Assembly: GCA_964477715.1 (NCBI GenBank)
Contig: CAYZEC010000006.1
Location: forward strand, 1-36,171
Direction of reading: 5' to 3'
Length of the DNA stretch: 36,171 nucleotides
Source: an uncultured Candidatus Saccharibacteria bacterium
GTDB lineage: Bacteria > Patescibacteriota > Minisyncoccia > Minisyncoccales > UBA1441
Part shown: positions 28,154 to 36,171 of the stretch, in pieces
Position numbering within the stretch: the stretch's first letter is position 1
How the letters are laid out: each line of letters opens with the position of its first letter
Notes under the pieces: model-generated
Told to the model about the DNA's origin: nothing
Seen by the model: only the letters and a program-made list of their open reading frames with translations
Database searches by the model: none
Program-made: the position numbers and the translations under genes

Positions 28154-28927
28154 CTACAAATATTTTTTAATTTTTTTTAAGTATAAATTATTAAGACCGC
28201 CAAGTCTGAAAATTGCAATAGAATCAATTTTATTTTCTTTACAAAAAAATAAATCTTCATCCAGATTTTCGGGTTTTAAGATTGGTTCATTCCCAAAAAT
28301 CCCGATCGCAATAGTGCCTAAACCAATCTGGAGATTTTTACCCAATTCTAAAGAACGCTTAGCTATATCTTTTTTTATTTTTTCCAAAAGAAATTTATTT
28401 TTAATCATACTTGAATAAAACATTACTATCTTTTTATGAGGATATTTCTCGATAGGATAAGAAATACCTAGCCACTCAAATTTCTTTTGAATTATTTTAC
28501 TTGGAATTGGGTATTCAAAAACTAAGATTTGGATATTTAATTTTTTTGAATCTGTAAAAATTTTCCTAATAATTTTTTTGTTTTTGAAAAAAGAAAACAG
28601 ATTCCAGAAAAATAATTTTGGAGTCAAAAAAGGAAGTTCCAAATCAATCAAAATTTTTAAATATTTATCTTTTTTATTTTTGAGCAAATCATCATATAGC
28701 TTTCTTAATTCAAAAGTATATGAGAACGGCGAAATCCAATAAGATTTTTCTAGAATTGGCCAATATCCTAATTCGACCGTTGAATTAATCTCTAAAATTT
28801 TATCTTTAATAATGTTAAATTCTTCTAAAGACTTGGCAGCTATATAGATTAGTGAAGGAAAATTTATTAGGTTCAGTTTCGCCAAACTTTCCTCATTAGG
28901 AAATTCCTCAAAAAAATTAATCTCCAT
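28154..28927 (-). CDS. hypothetical protein
   Basis: 257-aa, very AT-rich ORF; ELGYWPILEKSYWISPFS...GLGTIAIG...IAIFRLGG; family not recognised. Confidence 0.75.
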   Translation of the reverse strand: MEINFFEEFPNEESLAKLNLINFPSLIYIAAKSLEEFNIIKDKILEINSTVELGYWPILEKSYWISPFSYTFELRKLYDDLLKNKKDKYLKILIDLELPFLTPKLFFWNLFSFFKNKKIIRKIFTDSKKLNIQILVFEYPIPSKIIQKKFEWLGISYPIEKYPHKKIVMFYSSMIKNKFLLEKIKKDIAKRSLELGKNLQIGLGTIAIGIFGNEPILKPENLDEDLFFCKENKIDSIAIFRLGGLNNLYLKKIKKYL

Positions 28928-29013
28928 AAATTAAAAATAATTAAGATATGTGAGTATTGTCTCGGTTAATCGGAACTAACTCGTTATTATGCGAACTCCA
29001 CAGTTTAAATGCA

Positions 29014-29282
29014 CTATTTATAGACGCTTCCTCTCCAATCGATCTGCTCTACAAGAACAACCGAGTTCTCGAAATCAAATTCAATCAGTAAACGCAATTT
29101 ACCACTTCGAAGGCGATAGAAACCCTTCCACTCTCCCTTTAATTTTTGATGTCAATATTAAGATCTTCTCCGTCAAAAAAACGAATGGATCTTCGGACAA
29201 GTTCCTGTATTTTTTCTATTGCTATCTGGTTTTTAACTGAAAATCTCTCTGAATCTTTAGAAAAATACAATTTCCAAGACAT
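29014..29282 (-). pseudogene. RelE/ParE-family toxin with frameshift
   Basis: MSWKLYFSKDSERF...NIDIK, one base missing in the A-run at about 29143-29147, then KLKGEWKGFYRLRSGKLRLLIEFD...IDWRGSVYK. Confidence 0.85.
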
Positions 29283-29285
29283 GTT

Positions 29286-29474
29286 TCAAAGAGGATGACT
29301 CTTGGACTTTTGGCGAGAGGGCTTGCCATACCTTTTTTCAATATCTTTCTGCTCTCGCTCAGAAACATCAGACAAAGACAAAGCCCTGAGCTTCATGAGC
29401 TCCGAAGTCAAAACCTCGCGCACGCTTTCTTTAATAAGTCCTTTTAATTTTTTCTCAGAAACATTGGCATTCAT
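29286..29474 (-). CDS. putative antitoxin
   Basis: MNANVSEKKLKGLIKESVREVL...VSEREQKDIEKRYGKP, ending 3 nt before the toxin ATG; start chosen at ATG 29474. Confidence 0.7.
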   Translation of the reverse strand: MNANVSEKKLKGLIKESVREVLTSELMKLRALSLSDVSEREQKDIEKRYGKPSRQKSKSHPL

Positions 29475-29550
29475 TACCTGCATATTACTATATAGAAATA
29501 CCTCGGTCAATTGCTCAATCACCTGACGATACCCTAAAAGTAAACGCTAC

Positions 29551-29682
29551 AAAAAACCGAGATATTATCTCGGGCTGCCCTGCTCCCCATTGTGAACAAT
29601 GTTAGGACCAAGATAGAAGGGGAAAATGAGTATATTTGTATTCCTGATTTAAAAGAATGCGCTAATATGTAAACTTATCCCA
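29551..29682. repeat. junction J2: hairpin + GCTCC-N14-GTTAGGAC plus tail
   Basis: CCGAG-ATATTAT-CTCGG, core at 29582, box at 29601. Confidence 0.8.
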
Positions 29683-29857
29683 CCCCGCTAATCACTATAT
29701 ATCATTATTAGAAAATCAAGAAAATATCTCTGTTATTTCAATTCGCTCTGGCCTGTTCCGGGGGTTAGCAGAACCTAAACCCGTCCGAGAAAGAAACAAA
29801 AGTTTCCTCGAAAACACTAAATAACTTGACAAAATGCTACGATGGTAATATCCTGTA

Positions 29858-29914
29858 ATTAGAATTCACAGGAAAAAGCACCTCTTAAGGTTTTGTCCTT
29901 CTGCGGTGCTTTTT
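29858..29914 (+). ncRNA. candidate short RNA convergent on the NYN gene
   Basis: TTGACA at 29826 with -10 candidates TAATAT/TATCCT; stem AAAAAGCACC/GGTGCTTTTT enclosing AAGG/CCTT. Confidence 0.35.
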
Positions 29915-30414
29915 CATTTTAGCTTTCTCTGGTATCCCAGCTTTTTCTGCAGATTGTTGATAAAAACAATTTTTTCTTTGGCTGATTTTTTTATCAAGCT
30001 GGAACAGGTTTCGCTATAAGGGCTGATTACGCGTTCAAGCTTGTTTTTGCCATAAAGATACTTGATCAAAGAATAGAAATCTCCATCGCTGGAAATAATT
30101 ACTGCTTTATCGTAATTATCAAGATCAATCATCGCTTGAAGAACAAGATCGGCATCTATATTACCCTTTATATTCCCGTCACTATCGGGAATAGTCGGTT
30201 TGAATATTAGAACATAGCCTGCTTTTTGCAGGAAAGAATAAATGTCTTGATTTCCGGAAACATAACCAATGAAATAATAAGCTGTTGTTACAGCATATTT
30301 TTCCTTGAGATATCTGCGAAAACGAATAAAATCCAATCTCCAGCCCAGACTTTGGATTCCAAGATGAAGATTCTGCCCATCGATAAAGGCATAATTCTTT
30401 TCTCTTTTATTCAT
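29914..30414 (-). CDS. NYN (PIN-like, LabA/DUF88) domain protein
   Basis: AFIDGQNL, KGNIDADL, IISSDGDFYSL. Confidence 0.92.
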   Translation of the reverse strand: MNKREKNYAFIDGQNLHLGIQSLGWRLDFIRFRRYLKEKYAVTTAYYFIGYVSGNQDIYSFLQKAGYVLIFKPTIPDSDGNIKGNIDADLVLQAMIDLDNYDKAVIISSDGDFYSLIKYLYGKNKLERVISPYSETCSSLIKKSAKEKIVFINNLQKKLGYQRKLK

Positions 30415-30425
30415 ATTTTCAGTAT

Positions 30426-30497
30426 ATTATAACACAAAAAACCCGAGAAAATGCTCGGGTTTTCAATGCTCCGGGAATGCGACAAAGTTCGAACCTG
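30426..30497. repeat. junction J1: extended -10 + hairpin + GCTCC-N14-GTTCGAAC
   Basis: AAAACCCGAG-AAAATG-CTCGGGTTTT, core at 30468, box at 30487; TGTTATAAT on the - strand at 30434-30426. Confidence 0.8.
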
Positions 30498-30559
30498 CTG
30501 ACAATGAATCATAGAAAATCTGTAGCCGAATAAGATCAGCCTATCGACTGAATAACAAG

Positions 30560-30763
30560 CTAGAACGGTAATAAAGATGGGGAAAAAATACGAACCGATA
30601 AAAGCACAACTAAGAAAACGATGAAAAGGAATAGGGATGCGCCCACGGCAAAACCAAAACCCACTTTAATTGTCTCCTAGAAGGAGATACTTATTTTGAT
30701 CTGATCTTTTTCTGAATTAGAAAAATCATTTTCAGTGGAAATCGATAAATCCTTGTTTTCCAT
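30560..30763 (-). pseudogene. small single-TM protein with premature stop
   Basis: MENKDLS...KISISF*ETIKVGFGFAVGASLFLFIVFLVVLLSVRIFSPSLLPF; in-frame TAG at 30679-30677 (possibly from TGG). Confidence 0.6.
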
Positions 30764-30770
30764 ATATTAA

Positions 30771-31319
30771 TTAGTTGATGTTCTCACTTAGTTTGTTTCT
30801 TTGGTCAAGAAATCCATCGACTAGGCCAGAGATTTCTATGAGGCCATAAGATTGCCCAGCTCTTACGCGTAGGATGGATAAGCCTGCCGAACCTAGAGCC
30901 ATGTCAACGAAACTATCTCTTTTTTTAACATTTTCTTTGCTGTGGCTTGAGTCATCTAGCTCTACCACTAAAAGGGGTCTTATTTTCACTTTATCGCAAA
31001 GCAAAAAATCTACATGTCTTGATTTTATTCTCTGGCGCAAAGCAAATCTTTCCTTTGAAGTTACTCCTTTTGGGATCCAGAGCAAGTCTTCTAGGCGCAC
31101 TTTCGCAAACAATAGAAGATCCTTTTTCGCGGCAACTTCCTTTAAAACGTCATAGAAATTCTTTTCAGCAATAGATAAAAGATAGTCTTTTTTTCTATAT
31201 GGATAAGACTTTGATTCCTTTTTAGAAGAAAATAGCTTGCCCTCGTAAGCGGAAAAAGCAATTATTGCAAAAATTATGATTAGTAATATTATTAATGGCT
31301 TCATATTATTATTTGCCAA
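30771..31319 (-). CDS. DUF2726-domain protein
   Basis: LLSIAEKNFY, FAKVRLEDLL, HVDFLLCD, VELDDSSH, RDSFVD. Confidence 0.9.
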   Translation of the reverse strand: MANNNMKPLIILLIIIFAIIAFSAYEGKLFSSKKESKSYPYRKKDYLLSIAEKNFYDVLKEVAAKKDLLLFAKVRLEDLLWIPKGVTSKERFALRQRIKSRHVDFLLCDKVKIRPLLVVELDDSSHSKENVKKRDSFVDMALGSAGLSILRVRAGQSYGLIEISGLVDGFLDQRNKLSENIN

Positions 31320-31367
31320 CTGACTGGCTAATTATGTTTTCACGTATTGAGCGCATTAAATAAAACA

Positions 31368-31757
31368 TCATGATTTTCCAAAATTATTCAGCTTAAAAGA
31401 TATCTCATAAATATAAACCTCAACATTTGCCAGCATTTCTTGGGCATAATCAAATTTTTGATCGTATTGGCCAACGACAATAACCCCCTTAACATTGCTA
31501 TCGTTCTTGTTCTTCTTTATCCACCCCATATATCGTGTTAGCTGTCCAATAGTATCATCGCTTGTTTGTCCTTTTTTAAGCTCAATCACAACATAAGAAC
31601 TGGTTTCTTTGTCTTTCGCCAAGATATCTATTGATCCAATATCTGTCTTATATTGCTGGCTGACCATCTCCCCGTCTTCAATAATCAAATCAAACTTTTT
31701 ACCCAATTCCGTACTCTCCCAATTATGGATCAAGAACTCCTCTAGATGGCTTTCCAT
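31368..31757 (-). CDS. NucS/EndoMS-like PD-(D/E)XK nuclease domain (possibly N-terminally truncated)
   Basis: ESHLEEFL, GSIDILAKD, VVIELKK, GQLTRYMGW, VKGVIV. Confidence 0.85.
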   Translation of the reverse strand: MESHLEEFLIHNWESTELGKKFDLIIEDGEMVSQQYKTDIGSIDILAKDKETSSYVVIELKKGQTSDDTIGQLTRYMGWIKKNKNDSNVKGVIVVGQYDQKFDYAQEMLANVEVYIYEISFKLNNFGKS

Positions 31758-31821
31758 AAATATTTTTGATTACTCTAGATGTATAATAACACAAAAACCA
31801 GAGATATTGTCTCGGGTTGCT

Positions 31822-31896
31822 TGGCTCCGGGGGTCGGACTCGAACCGACAGCCGACGCGTTAACAGCGCGTTGCTCTACCATTGAGCTACCCCGGA
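31822..31896 (-). tRNA. tRNA-Asn(GTT), CCA encoded
   Basis: TCCGGGG/CCCCGGA acceptor, ACGCG-CTGTTAA-CGCGT anticodon arm, GTCGG-TTCGAGT-CCGAC T arm, G-CCA. Confidence 0.97.
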
Positions 31897-31953
31897 ATGT
31901 ATTTAATTTATAGGAGAATGAATATTTTTTCAAGCATTCTTCCTAATTTCAAT

Positions 31954-33027
31954 TTAATAATCTTCCAATTTCTTCAAAGATTCATCAGAGCGCATTCTTT
32001 CTAAGGCCTTAACCTGAATCTGCCTAATTCTTTCTCGAGTAACATTAAATTTCTCACCCACCTCTTCCAACGTTCTGGGCCGACCGTCATCCAATCCAAA
32101 TCTCATGGCTAAAATCTCTCTTTCACGAGAAGTTAAATCTATTAACATTTTATCGATTCTTTCTTTCAGTAAATTACGAGCGGCTGGATCTGAAGGTGGA
32201 GCCGTATCTTTATTCTCGATAAAATCAATTAAAGAGCTAGAATCATCATCTTGCCCAACTGGCTTTTCCAGAGAAACTACTTCCCGTGAAATTTCCATGA
32301 TTTGATGTGCCTTCTCAATTGGAATATTCATTTCAGCCGCCACCTCTTCAGCTAGCGGTTCTCGACCCAATGTTCTTTGTAATCCTCGACTGATCTTACT
32401 GTATTTTGTTATCTTTTCAATCATATGAACCGGAATGCGAATTGTTCGAGCATGGTTAGCCAAAGCCCGAGTAATAGCTTGACGAATCCACCAAGTGGCA
32501 TAAGTTGAGAATTTATAGCCACGTCGCCAGTCAAACTTTTCAGCCGCTCGGAATAAACCGAGATTCCCTTCTTGGATTAGATCTAATAAACTAAGCTTAG
32601 TTGTCCGATTAGCATATTTCTTAGCAATTGAAACCACTAAACGTAAATTGGCTCGAATAAGTTTCTGCTTCGCCTCCTTATCGCCTTTTTTTATCTTCTT
32701 GGATAATTCTTTCTCCTCATCTCCATCAATTAATTCCGTCCGACCGATTTCTTGCAGATAAGCTTGGACAGGATCTATCTTCGTTACCAACCCCTTTTCA
32801 GATTCTATTTCACCTGATAAATAAGAAATTTTCGGCTTAACTTTTATGCCTTCAATCTCTAAAAAGCGATAAGTCGCCGTCATCTTCTTAACATCACTTT
32901 TTAATCTTGGAAAAGTATAAGAAATTTCGTCCTCGGTTATGAAACCGCGGTCACGAACTTTATCTACTAAAGCGATAAGTCTTTTCTCGTGAGCTGTCTT
33001 AAGCTTTAAAGTCTTTTTCGGGGGCAT
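31954..33027 (-). CDS. rpoD: primary sigma-70 factor
   Basis: [49 protein letters not shown]...VTRERIRQI; follows dnaG. Confidence 0.96.
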   Translation of the reverse strand: MPPKKTLKLKTAHEKRLIALVDKVRDRGFITEDEISYTFPRLKSDVKKMTATYRFLEIEGIKVKPKISYLSGEIESEKGLVTKIDPVQAYLQEIGRTELIDGDEEKELSKKIKKGDKEAKQKLIRANLRLVVSIAKKYANRTTKLSLLDLIQEGNLGLFRAAEKFDWRRGYKFSTYATWWIRQAITRALANHARTIRIPVHMIEKITKYSKISRGLQRTLGREPLAEEVAAEMNIPIEKAHQIMEISREVVSLEKPVGQDDDSSSLIDFIENKDTAPPSDPAARNLLKERIDKMLIDLTSREREILAMRFGLDDGRPRTLEEVGEKFNVTRERIRQIQVKALERMRSDESLKKLEDY

Positions 33028-34762
33028 GATTATTAAATAAATCTTGGCTTAATTGATGAAGCTCTTTCATTAATTGTTGAGCTTTACGAGGTTTTTGTTC
33101 CCGTTCAGCTTGAGCAATTTGTTCTGTTAATTGTCTCATTTCTTCTTGAATATTCATCCGACGTAGCTCTTTTAAACAAAGAGCCATTTCGTCATCAACG
33201 TGCACTTGATCGGCCTCCACTTCGACCGCTAAGACATTCAAGAGATTATCCACGTCACGAGAAGCGCTTCTTTTCCCGTCTAAACTTCCCTCAAAAAGAC
33301 AATTGATTATATCACGAGCCCATTGAGAAAAAAGCTTCAAATCTTTTTTCTCGACCAAGCAATGATACTTACTATCTTGAAGCATTATCCCGATAATCCT
33401 TCTCTCCAAACGATCCTTCCGAGAAAGATGATCTTTCACCGGAGCATTAGCTCGTACTGGCTCAGAATAATCATCTGGCTTAATTTCTTTTTCTATCTTA
33501 GAAAATTCAGTCCAAACGTCTTGCTCGTTCACCTTCAGTCGAACAGCCAGTTCCTGAACCCAATGAGAGCGTTCAATCTGGTCAGAAACACTAGTCAATA
33601 AAGGTAAAATCATTTTATTAATCCCTCGACGCCCTTCTGTTGTTTGAGCATCATATTGGCGGAAAGCTAAATCAAAATAGAAATCAAAGACCGATTGGGC
33701 TTTTTGGGTTGACTCTACCCATTTAGCTGAATCCTGCGCGATCATTTCGGCCGGATCGAGCCCAACATCCATAGTTACCACTCGAACAATGAAACCGGCT
33801 TTTTGAGCTAAACCGATAGCTTTCTGAGTTGCCAAATTGCCAGCGCTATCCATATCAAAAGACATAAGTAAATTCTCGGTATAACGTTTTAAAATAGAAA
33901 GCTGACCTCCCGTCAAAGCAGTCCCACTAGTAGCCACTGTTTGGCCTAACCCGGCCTGATGGCTCATTATCACATCCGTATAGCCTTCAGTCAGGATAGC
34001 TTGATCTTTTTCTCGAATAACTGATTTCGCTTTATCAATTCCATACAAAACACGACTTTTATCATAAATCAGAGTTTGAGGAGTATTAATATACTTGGCC
34101 GAACTCTCATCTCCTTCGAAGACTCGTCCTCCGAATCCAATAACTTGACCCTGTAAATTAGTAATTGGAAACATAATTCGACCCCGGAATCGATCATAAA
34201 CCGTTCCCTTTTCGGGATGCTTAACAGCTAAGCCGGCCGCAACCACCGATTCCTTTCGAAAACCATTATTCTGCAAGAAGTCCAATAAACCAACCCAGCT
34301 TTCGGGGGCATAACCCAGATGCCATTGCTGAATCGTTTCTTCTTTCAGCCCCCGATCAATCAAATATTGTTTTCCTCTTTTACCAACTTCATTTTCGGCA
34401 AGTTGTTGCTCAAAAAAAGATGTTGCTTTTTGACAAATATCATAAAGAACTTTTTGCTCACTTCGAAGCTGATTATCAGCTGGATTTATTTCGACTCCAG
34501 CTCGCCGAGCCAATAGGTGAAGAGCTTCTCTAAACTCAATACCCTCCATTTCCATCACAAAAGAAAAGATGTCACCATAAGCCCCACAGCCAAAACATTT
34601 ATAAGTTTGCCGTTCGGGTGAAACATAGAAAGAGGGAGTCTTTTCATTATGAAAAGGACAAAGAGCCTGATAGCCAGCTCCAACTTTTCTCAATTTCAAA
34701 TATTCTCCGATGATATCGATGATATCCAGGCGGCTTTTTATTTCTTGAGCCGGAGATGTCAT
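32999..34762 (-). CDS. dnaG: DNA primase
   Basis: [11 protein letters not shown]...[34 protein letters not shown]. Confidence 0.97.
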   Translation of the reverse strand: MTSPAQEIKSRLDIIDIIGEYLKLRKVGAGYQALCPFHNEKTPSFYVSPERQTYKCFGCGAYGDIFSFVMEMEGIEFREALHLLARRAGVEINPADNQLRSEQKVLYDICQKATSFFEQQLAENEVGKRGKQYLIDRGLKEETIQQWHLGYAPESWVGLLDFLQNNGFRKESVVAAGLAVKHPEKGTVYDRFRGRIMFPITNLQGQVIGFGGRVFEGDESSAKYINTPQTLIYDKSRVLYGIDKAKSVIREKDQAILTEGYTDVIMSHQAGLGQTVATSGTALTGGQLSILKRYTENLLMSFDMDSAGNLATQKAIGLAQKAGFIVRVVTMDVGLDPAEMIAQDSAKWVESTQKAQSVFDFYFDLAFRQYDAQTTEGRRGINKMILPLLTSVSDQIERSHWVQELAVRLKVNEQDVWTEFSKIEKEIKPDDYSEPVRANAPVKDHLSRKDRLERRIIGIMLQDSKYHCLVEKKDLKLFSQWARDIINCLFEGSLDGKRSASRDVDNLLNVLAVEVEADQVHVDDEMALCLKELRRMNIQEEMRQLTEQIAQAEREQKPRKAQQLMKELHQLSQDLFNNHAPEKDFKA

Positions 34763-34877
34763 TTAAATAATATATTTTACAAATTTAACTTGACAAAAAA
34801 TAATAATGGGTATATATTCATTATAGACGGTCACTCATAAAGGTCGGGCCGCCTGAAAATTAAAATATTCAATAAAC

Positions 34878-35093
34878 ATGCCTAGATTTGATGGAACTGG
34901 TCCTGGAGGATATGGACCTATGACTGGACGAGGCTTCGGGCCTTGCGGTCGTGGATACGGATATGGTTATCCTATGCGCAGACGTTGGCTACCACAAGAA
35001 GAGCTAACTGAATTAGAAGCAGAAGAAAAATTCTTGAACGAAGAACTAGAAGCTATTCGTCAGCGCCGAAAAGAACTCCAAGATCAGAAATAA
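34878..35093 (+). CDS. DUF5320-like protein
   Basis: MPRFDGTGPGGYGPMTGRGFGPC followed by a coiled coil. Confidence 0.88.
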   Translation: MPRFDGTGPGGYGPMTGRGFGPCGRGYGYGYPMRRRWLPQEELTELEAEEKFLNEELEAIRQRRKELQDQK

Positions 35094-35104
35094 GAAGGAG
35101 AGAC

Positions 35105-35132
35105 CTCAGCTCTTCCAGTTGGAAGAGCTGAG
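35105..35132 (+). terminator. strong hairpin between DUF5320 and DUF134 genes
   Basis: CTCAGCTCTTCCA/TGGAAGAGCTGAG; weak U tail. Confidence 0.45.
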
Positions 35133-35163
35133 AACCCTTCTTGCATGATTTTATCATAAAAAT

Positions 35164-35529
35164 ATGCCTCGACCAAGACTCTGTCGTCGGATTAGGTTCC
35201 GACCCAATATTCATTATTTTAAACCACAGGGGATTCCCCTTTCCCAGCTTCAGGTTGCTGAAATCTCTTTAGAAGAGATCGAGGCTTTGCGTTTAAAGAA
35301 CATTGAGGGATTAGACCAAATGGAATGCGCTCAAAAAATGAAAACCTCTCAAAGTACATTTCAGCGAATTTTAAGTTCGGCTAATCAAAAGGTTAGCGAC
35401 GCTTTAATCAATGGCAAAGCCATTAAAATCATTTCTCCTAATCAACCGATTCCTCACGGAAGACATTACCGAAGACTTAATTCCAGTAGTCAAAACCAAT
35501 TGAACAGTTTTCCAACAAAGAATATATAA
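35164..35529 (+). CDS. DUF134 (UPF0251) HTH protein
   Basis: MPRPRLCRRI, FKPQGIP, EEIEALRL, SQSTFQRIL...ALINGKAI. Confidence 0.9.
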   Translation: MPRPRLCRRIRFRPNIHYFKPQGIPLSQLQVAEISLEEIEALRLKNIEGLDQMECAQKMKTSQSTFQRILSSANQKVSDALINGKAIKIISPNQPIPHGRHYRRLNSSSQNQLNSFPTKNI

Positions 35530-36171
35530 ACTGAAAGGAAAAAGGCTCCTTCCCAGATATGAATTTTCTGGGAAATTCCGGAGATAATAAATAAAAGGGT
35601 AGCCGCAGCCATAACCGGCAGTCCAATGCTCAAGGTTTGAACATCCATGGATAATGTCCGAAACAAACCCGGAAGGCCAACTACGATCAAAAGATTAAAA
35701 ACATTAGAGCCGAAAATATTTCCCAAGGCTACTTCTGGCTTATTTCGAAAAGCCGCTTTAGCTGAAACCAAAAGTTCAGGCAAAGAAGTTCCTACCGCAA
35801 CAGCTGTAATAGCAATCACTCCAGCAGCTATATTTAAAGCTGTTGATAATTTGATTAAAGAATCTATCAAGTATTTAGCTCCGAAAACTAAACCGACTAC
35901 GCCAAGAATTAAGAAAACAATATCTTTTGTTGCTATCTTGGGGCGGATGTTTTTTCCTTTATTAATAATTACCTGGCTTCTCCTATCTTGCCGTGATGGT
36001 ATTGTCTCGGTTGATTTCTCGAGATTCTCATCTTTTCTGTCTTTATGTAAAACAGCATAAAGCAGATATGTGCCATAAGTAGCTACTAGCAAAAGAGATT
36101 CTCCCAGCGTAATAACCCCATCCCAAGCAGTTCCCAAGAATAAAACCGTAGCAATGGCCAATAATGGCAAG
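35490..36171 (-). CDS. Ca2+/Na+ antiporter (YrbG family), 5' end outside window
   Basis: AVGTSLPEL...ALGNIFGSNVFN alpha-repeat. Confidence 0.92.
   Translation of the reverse strand, partial: LPLLAIATVLFLGTAWDGVITLGESLLLVATYGTYLLYAVLHKDRKDENLEKSTETIPSRQDRRSQVIINKGKNIRPKIATKDIVFLILGVVGLVFGAKYLIDSLIKLSTALNIAAGVIAITAVAVGTSLPELLVSAKAAFRNKPEVALGNIFGSNVFNLLIVVGLPGLFRTLSMDVQTLSIGLPVMAAATLLFIISGISQKIHIWEGAFFLSVYIFFVGKLFNWF

Larger units (their letters stand above)
27008..31831 (-). mobile_element. tRNA-Asn-anchored island / tandem cassette array (five units, no integrase in window)
   Basis: Bounded by a 38/41-nt direct repeat (27008-27048 vs 31791-31831) overlapping the tRNA 3' end; four internal junctions of the same design. 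Confidence 0.75.

Noticed and set aside
29753-29776. GTTCCGGGGGTTAGCAGAACC resembling the tRNA 3' end
   Set aside because: Spacing matches neither the tRNA (+14) nor the junctions (+19); too degenerate to support.
30539-30590. Possible sixth junction (GCTAGAAC...AAGATGGGG)
   Set aside because: No GCTCC core at -19; explained as the 3' end of the 30560-30763 pseudogene.
27008-31831. CRISPR array or classical integron attC sites
   Set aside because: Spacing is 0.4-1.5 kb with whole genes between repeats, there are no cas or intI genes, and I see no RYYYAAC...GTTRRRY attC architecture.
31609-31863. + strand ORF ending WLRGSDSNRQPTR as an integrase remnant
   Set aside because: It is antisense to the nuclease gene and the tRNA, with no recombinase motifs.

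Overview
AT-rich bacterial chromosomal window with a Patescibacteria (CPR/Parcubacteria)-like gene set. It contains an S-layer-like gene with an ECF sigma/anti-sigma pair and a DeoR-type HTH protein, recG, obgE, a cold-shock gene, dnaG-rpoD, many membrane-anchored or secreted proteins, and two tRNAs (Arg-GCG, Asn-GTT). The strongest unexplained structure lies downstream of tRNA-Asn (27.0-31.9 kb). Five regularly built junctions (GCTCY-N14-GYTMGRAC, identical spacing, three with a copy of the tRNA-flanking hairpin) split the region into five 0.4-1.5 kb units. These units carry nuclease, toxin-antitoxin and orphan genes, and there is no integrase in the window. This resembles an integron-like array of non-autonomous cassettes accreted at a tRNA 3' end. 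Other signals: several promoter- and terminator-bounded candidate non-coding RNAs (three in tandem at 16.6-17.1 kb, one at 19.6 kb, one beside the NYN gene), a TGTCCG motif cluster at two distant loci, and unannotated Shine-Dalgarno-led micro-proteins around tRNA-Arg. Family names come from motif recognition by eye; no searches were run.
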